From Candidatus Bipolaricaulia bacterium (GTDB lineage: Bacteria; Bipolaricaulota; Bipolaricaulia; RBG-16-55-9): DNA of 14,910 nucleotides. The stretch's first letter is position 1. Each line of letters opens with the position of its first letter. The stretch lies in the NCBI GenBank assembly GCA_042219045.1, contig JBDGQO010000034.1:1-14910 (forward strand), written 5' to 3'. The notes under the pieces were generated by a model that saw only the letters and a program-made list of their open reading frames with translations, made no database searches and was not told where the DNA came from. Positions 6,967 to 13,399 of the stretch are shown one piece after another. Position numbers and translations under genes: made by a program.

Positions 6967-7685
6967 GCGGCCTCGGCGCGCTCGCGCAGCCCCTCTCGAT
7001 CCCGAACGCGCAAGCTGCGCTCCTCCAGCTCGATCAACCCGTCGTGGCGCCAATCGCTCAGGATGCGGATTGCCGTTTCGGGGCGCAGGCCCAACAGCTC
7101 CGCCAGCTCGGTTCGGCTCAATTGCAGGCCCAACGCCCCGTGCTCGCGTTCGCGATGGCCGAAACGATCCATGAGCCGGATCAGCGTCCGAGCCATGCGC
7201 GCCTCGCTGCAGTCGTAGGCCAGCTCGACGCGGACGCGATGGTTGTTCATGAGGCGCTCAGCCATCGTCCGCATCAGCGCCACGGCCACCTCGGGATGGC
7301 GCTCGATCACGGCCTCGAGGTCGTCCTGCGGGAGGTAGCAAAGCCGCGTCGCGCTGATGGCCTGGGCGCTGGCGGCATGTGGACGGCCGTTGAACAGGGC
7401 CTCCTCGCCCATCGGGTCCCCGCGTCCGCGCAGGCCCAGGATGTGGACGCGCGAGCCATCGCACGTGCTCTGTAAGACCTTGACGATCCCGCTGTTGACG
7501 ATGTAGAGCCCGTCCGCCGGCCGCCCGGCTTGGAAGATCTGTTCGTCCGGGTCGCGAACGAAGCTGTGCAGATTGGGAAGCACCGCTTGAGCAGCCTGTG
7601 AACTGAGCGCGGCAAACGGCCCCACGGACGGCAGTCGTCGACACTGCGAACGATCCTCCGACATCTCGTGCCGATCACCGACCAT
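6963..7685 (-). CDS. Crp/Fnr family transcriptional regulator (no N-terminal Cys cluster)
   Basis: IFQAG, LYIVNSGIVKV and HTH LSRTELAELLGLRPETAIR. I chose the ATG at 7685 because purine-rich AAGGAAGGGAG precedes it. The ORF-track extension to 7838 runs through the regulatory boxes. Confidence 0.9.
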   Translation of the reverse strand: MVGDRHEMSEDRSQCRRLPSVGPFAALSSQAAQAVLPNLHSFVRDPDEQIFQAGRPADGLYIVNSGIVKVLQSTCDGSRVHILGLRGRGDPMGEEALFNGRPHAASAQAISATRLCYLPQDDLEAVIERHPEVAVALMRTMAERLMNNHRVRVELAYDCSEARMARTLIRLMDRFGHREREHGALGLQLSRTELAELLGLRPETAIRILSDWRHDGLIELEERSLRVRDREGLRERAEAA

Positions 7686-7711
7686 CGGTCTCCCTTCCTT
7701 GCGCCCCAACG

Positions 7712-7775
7712 ATCCTATCCGACCCGCATCGCGCACCGAATGACGTCCCTCAGCGATGCATCTGACCTCCGTCAA
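7712..7775 (-). promoter_or_regulatory. Tandem Fnr-type boxes plus -10 for Crp/Fnr regulator 2
   Basis: ATGAC-GTCC-CTCAG (7740-7753) and CTGAC-CTCC-GTCAA (7762-7775), 22 bp apart. Minus-strand TAGGAT at 7717-7712 lies 22 nt from the proximal box. Confidence 0.68.
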
Positions 7776-7802
7776 ATCGCCATCATTCGGGCAACAAGCC
7801 CG

Positions 7803-7866
7803 ATGATCGACATCATGGCGAGGCGTGAGGCGAATCATATTCTCGACAAAAAGGTCTCAATAGCAT
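7803..7866 (+). promoter_or_regulatory. Tandem Fnr-type boxes plus -10 for the second cytochrome operon
   Basis: ATGAT-CGAC-ATCAT (7803-7816) and GTGAG-GCGA-ATCAT (7825-7838), 22 bp apart. TAGCAT at 7861-7866 lies 22 nt from the proximal box. Confidence 0.68.
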
Positions 7867-7907
7867 GGACACCGATCGTCATGGTTGGCCAAATGGGACG
7901 ATCCGCG

Positions 7908-8666
7908 ATGATGCCGCCCAGCTTGGCAGTGGTTCTCGCCATGGCCGTCCTGACATTGGGACACGCGCAGCCCGCTGTCCAGCGGCAGTTGGACGATTCG
8001 GTCCATGCCGAGCTGGATTGTTCGGCATGCCATCCGAAAGGCACAGAGCCCCAACAAACCGGCACGGTCGGGATCGACGATCGAGCCTGCGCGGACTGTC
8101 ACGAGAGCGCCGAGCCGTACTGGAAGAGCGCCCACGGCCGGGCCCAGTCGGCCGGCGTGGCAGCCGCCCCCACGTGTGTCGATTGCCACGGCTCGCACGC
8201 CATCGAGCCCGTAAGCGCCAAGACCTCGCCCGTCTATCCGACGAACCTGCCGAAGACGTGCGGGCAGTGCCATCAGAACAGCGAGCTGTCACAGCGCTAC
8301 GGCGTCCCATCCCGTCGCTACTCGACCTACATGGAGAGCTATCACGGCATCCTGTTGTCGGAAGGGAAATTGGTCGCGGCCGACTGCACCAGCTGCCACG
8401 GTGACCATCTCATACTGGCCCAATCCAACCCGAAATCGACGATTAACCCGGCCAACCTTCCCGAAACGTGCGGTCAGTGTCACCCCAACGCGGGCGAGAC
8501 GTTCACCAAAGGCGACGTCCACGTGCAAGCCGAGCGGGGCGAATCGACGGGCGTCTGGATCGTGCGGACCTTTTACACGGTATTGATCGGTGTTTTGGGC
8601 GTTTTCTTTATCGGACACATTCTGCTGGACGCAACGCGCTGGTTGAGGAGGCGTTATGGTAACTGA
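7908..8666 (+). CDS. Hexaheme cytochrome c with signal peptide and C-terminal TM anchor (CbcA/CbcL-c-domain-like)
   Basis: Six CxxCH in the repeat CxxCH-GxHxI...SxxxPxNLPxTCGQCH...YxxSxHG. Signal peptide (LAVVLAMAVLTLGHA) and a C-terminal TM containing HILLD. Start is uncertain (ATG at 7881, 7893 or 7908; GGGA precedes 7908). Confidence 0.85.
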   Translation: MMPPSLAVVLAMAVLTLGHAQPAVQRQLDDSVHAELDCSACHPKGTEPQQTGTVGIDDRACADCHESAEPYWKSAHGRAQSAGVAAAPTCVDCHGSHAIEPVSAKTSPVYPTNLPKTCGQCHQNSELSQRYGVPSRRYSTYMESYHGILLSEGKLVAADCTSCHGDHLILAQSNPKSTINPANLPETCGQCHPNAGETFTKGDVHVQAERGESTGVWIVRTFYTVLIGVLGVFFIGHILLDATRWLRRRYGN

Positions 8667-9417
8667 GCGATCCGGACAAACCGTGGAACGCATGAATCGG
8701 CAGTTGCGCATCCAACACGGGCTCTTGATGTTGTCCGTGATTCTGTTGGTTCTGACGGGTCTCGCGCTGCTCTACAGCGGCAGCTGGCTCGGTCAAGCGC
8801 TCATCACCTTGGAGGGGGGCTTCGAGGCTCGCGGCTGGCTCCATCGGGTTGCCGCCGTCCTCTTGATTGCGACCGCGATTTATCACGTCGGCTACATCGT
8901 CTTTTCGCGTCGGGGCCACGAGGAGTTCATCCAGCTGCTACTGCGCGGCAGCGACTTCAAGGACTGGGGGGCCATGCTCGCCTACGACCTCGGCCGGCGG
9001 GAGCGCAAGCCCCAACTGGATCGCTACAGCTTCCGCGAAAAGTTCCAGTATTGGGCCTTCATCGTCTTCTGCGTGATCATGACGATGAGCGGCGTGGTGC
9101 TGTGGGCGTTTCCCGCGCTGTTCGGATTGCTCCCCAAATGGACCTTCGACGTCGCCATCGCGATTCACAGCGGAACGGGGACGCTGATCGTCGTCGTGCT
9201 GACGCTGTGGCACCTCTACATTGTCCACCTCCAGCCCGGGCGCTTCCCCATGGACGGCAGCTTCTGGCACGGGCAGATGCCCGTGGAACGCCTCAAGGAG
9301 GAGCACCCGCTCGAATACGACCGACGCGTCGCTGAGGGATCGATCCAGCCCCTCCGCTCAGAGCCTGCGTCGGAGATGACCGAGGGCGTAGAGGACGAAG
9401 GGGGCGAGAGGACATGA
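8656..9417 (+). CDS. FdnI/HydC-like cytochrome b (formate dehydrogenase gamma-type, CbcB-like), copy 1
   Basis: Four TM helices. Motifs RIQH...LTGL, WLHRVAA, RYSFREKFQYWA, AIHS, LWHLY and EEHPLEY. 11-nt overlap with the upstream cytochrome c gene. Confidence 0.88.
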   Translation: MVTERSGQTVERMNRQLRIQHGLLMLSVILLVLTGLALLYSGSWLGQALITLEGGFEARGWLHRVAAVLLIATAIYHVGYIVFSRRGHEEFIQLLLRGSDFKDWGAMLAYDLGRRERKPQLDRYSFREKFQYWAFIVFCVIMTMSGVVLWAFPALFGLLPKWTFDVAIAIHSGTGTLIVVVLTLWHLYIVHLQPGRFPMDGSFWHGQMPVERLKEEHPLEYDRRVAEGSIQPLRSEPASEMTEGVEDEGGERT

Positions 9418-10487
9418 GGCAGATCTGGATGGGCGTGGCGTTGGGGAGTCTTGCCATCGGGCTGGTCGCGCTTATCGCCGTGGCCTCCCAAGACGAGCCG
9501 CAGGGCTCGAATGCCCGCTGCATGGTCAACTGCCATGGGGACCCAGACTTCAAGGACAACGTCGCTCCCGGGAAGTTCCGCTCGCTTTACGTGGACTACG
9601 AGGCGTTCAAGAACTCCGTGCATGGGGATAACCGCTGCACGGACTGCCACACCGACATCGGCTCACTGCCGCATGACAATCAACTGGCGGACGTCTCCTG
9701 TCTGCAATGCCATCGTCAGGGCAACGTCGCTGGCGCCCCGACGGCGCGGAAGCCATGGCAGTATCAGAACAGCGTCCATGCCCAGGCCAGATCCCAAGGG
9801 CACAAAGATTCGCCATATTGTACGGACTGCCACGGCACCCACAACATCCTGCCGGCGTCCAACCCGAAGTCGACAATCGCGCGCGGCAACATTCCGGACA
9901 CCTGCGGCCAGTGCCACACCGACGTTTACGCCCGCTACGCCCGCAGCACCCACGGCAAGGCGGTCACCAAGGGCAACCTGAACGCCGCCGTCTGCAGCGA
10001 CTGTCACGAGGAACACGACATCCTCCCCGCCAGCAACCCGCAAAGCTCCATCAATCCCCAGAACGTTGCCCACACCTGCGCCGAATGCCACAGCGACAAG
10101 TCGGTGATGCGGCAGACCGACGCGCCGATCCAGCCGGTCAAATCCTACGAGGACAGCTTCCACGGCATCGCCGTCAAGTTCGGCCAACTCCAGGCGGCCA
10201 ACTGCACTAGCTGCCACCGGCACCATCTCATTCTGGAGCGGGAGAACCCGAACTCGCCGATCAACGCCCAGAACCTCGACCAGACCTGCGGGAAGTGTCA
10301 CCCGAACGCCACCAGCAACGTCGCGCTCGGGCGCGTCCATGTGGTCCCGAGCGAGCCGAGCGCGGGGATCGTCTACTACGTCGCCCAGTTCTTCAAGTGG
10401 CTTACGTTGACGGTCCTGGCGGTTCTGTTCGTCCACATTCTCATCGATCTGTTCGGACGGCTCCGTCACCGTCGCGCGGAAGGATGA
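9414..10487 (+). CDS. Nonaheme cytochrome c with signal peptide and C-terminal TM anchor (CbcL-c-domain/CbcA-like)
   Basis: Eight CxxCH plus CMVNCH (CX3CH). Same repeat unit as 7908-8666. C-terminal TM containing HILID. ATGA overlap and RBS GAGAGG. Confidence 0.88.
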   Translation: MRQIWMGVALGSLAIGLVALIAVASQDEPQGSNARCMVNCHGDPDFKDNVAPGKFRSLYVDYEAFKNSVHGDNRCTDCHTDIGSLPHDNQLADVSCLQCHRQGNVAGAPTARKPWQYQNSVHAQARSQGHKDSPYCTDCHGTHNILPASNPKSTIARGNIPDTCGQCHTDVYARYARSTHGKAVTKGNLNAAVCSDCHEEHDILPASNPQSSINPQNVAHTCAECHSDKSVMRQTDAPIQPVKSYEDSFHGIAVKFGQLQAANCTSCHRHHLILERENPNSPINAQNLDQTCGKCHPNATSNVALGRVHVVPSEPSAGIVYYVAQFFKWLTLTVLAVLFVHILIDLFGRLRHRRAEG

Positions 10488-10497
10488 AGGAGACGTC

Positions 10498-11451
10498 ATG
10501 AATCGACGACGGGATTCGAACTCGGAAGACGAGCTGACCGAGCGGCTCCGCCAGGAGCTGGAGGAGGAGTACGGCACCACGCTTGACGACGAGGCGCTCG
10601 AGCGGATCCGCAGCGAGGTGAAGGATCGCCTGCGCGAGGAGATCGAGGCCGAGCAGGGCCGGTGCCAGGAACAAGCGGCTGATGTGGCGCACCAAGCCGG
10701 CGAAAGGCACTTCCTCCGCTTCGGGCTCAACATCCGCATCCAGCATGCCGTCATGGCCGTCGCCTGCATCATCCTGATCGTGACGGGCTTGCCCATCAAG
10801 TTCCACAACGCGGCCTGGGCGCAGTTCCTGCTCGATCTCATGGGCGGGCTCGGCGTCAGCCGCTTCTGGCACCGCATCGGGGCCACGATGCTCATCGTTG
10901 TGGGCATTTGGCATGCCGGCTGGCTCCTCATGCCGCGCGGCCGCCGCGAGTTCATGGCGCTGCTGCCCAAGCCGAAGGACGCCGTTGACTTCATCACGAA
11001 CATCGAGCACCTGCTGGGCCTCAGCGAGGAAGGGCCCCGGTTCGGGCGATTCAGCTACGTGGAGAAGTTCGACTACTGGGCCGTCTACTGGGGCATGGTC
11101 ATCATGATCGGCTCGGGGCTGATCCTGTGGTTCAACAACATCGCGCTGGCGTATTTGCCGCTGTTTGCCATCGACATCGCCCGCGAGGCGCACTCCGACG
11201 AAGCCATGCTCGCGACGCTGGCCATCGTCGTCTGGCACTGGTACAACGCCCACTTCAACCCGGAGTTCTTCCCCTACAACCCGACGATCTTTACCGGGCG
11301 CATCCCCGAGTCCCGCATGAAGGCGGAGCACCCGCTGGAATACGAGGCGATCACGGGCACGCCATCCGACGAGACCGACTCACCCGGACCGTCCGGCTCC
11401 CCCGACGCACCGGCGGATGCCCCCTCGTCTGAGGAGGAGGTGCGCTCATGA
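10498..11451 (+). CDS. FdnI/HydC-like cytochrome b (CbcB-like), copy 2, with a charged N-terminal extension
   Basis: RIQH...VTGLP, FWHRIGA, RFSYVEKFDYWA, EAHSDEA, VWHWY and AEHPLEY. Paralog of 8656-9417. RBS AAGGAG. Confidence 0.88.
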   Translation: MNRRRDSNSEDELTERLRQELEEEYGTTLDDEALERIRSEVKDRLREEIEAEQGRCQEQAADVAHQAGERHFLRFGLNIRIQHAVMAVACIILIVTGLPIKFHNAAWAQFLLDLMGGLGVSRFWHRIGATMLIVVGIWHAGWLLMPRGRREFMALLPKPKDAVDFITNIEHLLGLSEEGPRFGRFSYVEKFDYWAVYWGMVIMIGSGLILWFNNIALAYLPLFAIDIAREAHSDEAMLATLAIVVWHWYNAHFNPEFFPYNPTIFTGRIPESRMKAEHPLEYEAITGTPSDETDSPGPSGSPDAPADAPSSEEEVRS

Positions 11452-13370
11452 GACGACGCACCAAGTGGATCATCATCGGCGTCTTGGTGTTGCTCCTCGC
11501 CTGGGCCGGCTACGTCGGCATTCGGGCGACCGACAGTCCCGAGTTCTGTGCCTCCTGTCACTACATGGAGCCCTACGTCCAGAACTGGAAGACCTCCTCG
11601 CACAACGACGTCGCCTGCATCGAGTGCCACGCCGAGCCGGGCGTCGGCGGTTACTTGGCGCGAAAAGCTCGGTTGCTGAGCGAAGTGATCCGCTATTGGA
11701 CGGGATCGTACAGTTCGCAGCCGGATGCCCACCTGAGCGACGCCCAATGCCTCTCCTGCCACGAGCAGGAGGGGCTGGACCGGACCCAGACGTATTCACA
11801 AGACATCCAGTTCAGCCACAAAAACCACTATAAAACCCCGTCGCGCGGCGTTAAGCTCAACTGCAACACGTGCCACTCCGAGCTTGTGCAGGGCGATCAC
11901 ACGGCCGTCAATCAGTCGACGTGCATCGACTGCCACTTCATGGGTCGCCCCGAAGGCAAGCCGCTCGGCTCGTGCCAAGGCTGCCACGGCGCCCCCAAGG
12001 ACAAGATCCGGATCGAGGGGATCACGTTCAATCACTCCGAATACCTCAAAAGCGACGTCGACTGCCTGACCTGCCACACCCACGTCACGAGCGGCTCCGG
12101 CGACGTCCCGCCGGACAAGTGCTACTCCTGCCACGTGGAGCGCTTCCAGCAGTACGGCAACACTGAGAAGATTCACAACGTCCACGTCACCGACCAACAG
12201 CTGACGTGTCGGGACTGCCACACGAAGATCAAACACGGCGAGTTCCAGCTCAACCAGGCGATCTCCCCGGATTGCCGGACCTGCCACGCCCGCGGCCACT
12301 CCGTGCAAGAACAAGTCTACATCGGCACCGGCGGCCAAGGCGTTGAGTCACAGCCGGACCCGATGTTCCTCGCCAGCGTGACGTGCTCAGGCTGCCACCC
12401 GAAAAGCGACGAAGGGCCAGCGGTCGCCACCGTGCAGTCCTCCAGTGGTCAAGAATTGCCCAAGGCGACAGACAAGTCCTGCGTCCAGTGCCACGGCGAC
12501 GGCTACGACCGGCTTCTGAACAACTGGCAATCGCGAGTCAGCGACTATCGGCGCAAGCTCGAAACTCGCTTCGAGCGGGTCGAGTCGCTCGTCGGGGACG
12601 GCATCCAGTCGCCTTCGCTGGATATCGCTCGACGGGCCGCGAAGCTCACGCGCTCCAGCGATCTGGAATCGTCCCGCAATCTTCAGACGCCGTCGAAGGA
12701 GATCGTCCAACAGGCCATGGACCGCTTCGAGCGGGCGAGGTCCAACCTGGCGCTCATCCAGCGGGATCGCAGCAACGGCGCGCATAACGTCACGTATCTC
12801 AACCTCCTGCTGGAACGCGTCGACTACGACCTTCAAGCCGTGGCCGAACTGCTGAGCCTGGGTCGGGTCGTGCCCCCGGACAAGCCGTCACTTTACACGT
12901 CGCAAGCCGACTGCACGAACTGTCACACGGGGATTGAGCGATCGACGATCCAGGCCGAACGCGACACGTTCAACCACGGGCGCCACCTCGAAAAAGGGGG
13001 CCTGTCGTGCAAGGCGTGCCACATGACCAACGATCCCAAGGATCAAAACCACGGGAAGACGTTCGCCGAGGCAGCCGACTGCAGCTCGTGCCATCCCACA
13101 AAGTCGACCGTGCGGACGATGTCCTCGAGCGACTGCCTGCAATGCCACTCCGCGTCGATCGAGGTCCCGTCGGAGAACGTCAAGTTCTCGCACGAGGGCC
13201 ACGCCGGCTACGGCTGCGCCTTCTGCCACGAGGGCGTCGCCAACCAGGACCATCTCGGCTACATCCAGGCCGATCCGCAGGTGCCGTTCGAGCACGAGAC
13301 CTGCGCCTCGTGCCACCGCGATAACATGACGGGCGCCGGCGACTGCTCGACGTGCCACACGAATCGATAG
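11448..13370 (+). CDS. Membrane-anchored 19-heme cytochrome c with a NapC/NirT/NrfH-type N-terminal domain (paralog B)
   Basis: MRRRTK plus TM. FCASCHYM...WKTSSH...CIECH. 19 CxxCH. ATGA overlap and RBS GAGGAGG. Confidence 0.9.
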   Translation: MRRRTKWIIIGVLVLLLAWAGYVGIRATDSPEFCASCHYMEPYVQNWKTSSHNDVACIECHAEPGVGGYLARKARLLSEVIRYWTGSYSSQPDAHLSDAQCLSCHEQEGLDRTQTYSQDIQFSHKNHYKTPSRGVKLNCNTCHSELVQGDHTAVNQSTCIDCHFMGRPEGKPLGSCQGCHGAPKDKIRIEGITFNHSEYLKSDVDCLTCHTHVTSGSGDVPPDKCYSCHVERFQQYGNTEKIHNVHVTDQQLTCRDCHTKIKHGEFQLNQAISPDCRTCHARGHSVQEQVYIGTGGQGVESQPDPMFLASVTCSGCHPKSDEGPAVATVQSSSGQELPKATDKSCVQCHGDGYDRLLNNWQSRVSDYRRKLETRFERVESLVGDGIQSPSLDIARRAAKLTRSSDLESSRNLQTPSKEIVQQAMDRFERARSNLALIQRDRSNGAHNVTYLNLLLERVDYDLQAVAELLSLGRVVPPDKPSLYTSQADCTNCHTGIERSTIQAERDTFNHGRHLEKGGLSCKACHMTNDPKDQNHGKTFAEAADCSSCHPTKSTVRTMSSSDCLQCHSASIEVPSENVKFSHEGHAGYGCAFCHEGVANQDHLGYIQADPQVPFEHETCASCHRDNMTGAGDCSTCHTNR

Positions 13371-13399
13371 CTCAATGCGGGCAGTCGCGCGGCTGCACC

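Noticed and set aside
7668..7907. Long N-terminal extensions of ORFs 7668..8666 (+) and 6963..7838 (-)
   Set aside because: They would overlap head-to-head and cover the divergent promoter boxes. Downstream starts fit the RBS, signal peptide and domain boundaries better.
9663..11003. 446-aa - strand ORF
   Set aside because: Antisense to well-supported cytochrome genes; low-information Ser/Arg/Val-rich translation.
2611..13370. Assignment as nitrite reductase (NrfA), hydroxylamine oxidoreductase, formate dehydrogenase or hydrogenase
   Set aside because: No CxxCK catalytic motif and no molybdopterin or NiFe catalytic subunits in the window. The FdnI-like b subunits are paired with multiheme cytochromes instead.
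13381..13396. Short hairpin GCAGTC-GCGC-GGCTGC between convergent genes
   Set aside because: Only 6 bp with a mismatch/wobble and no U-tract; too weak to call a terminator.
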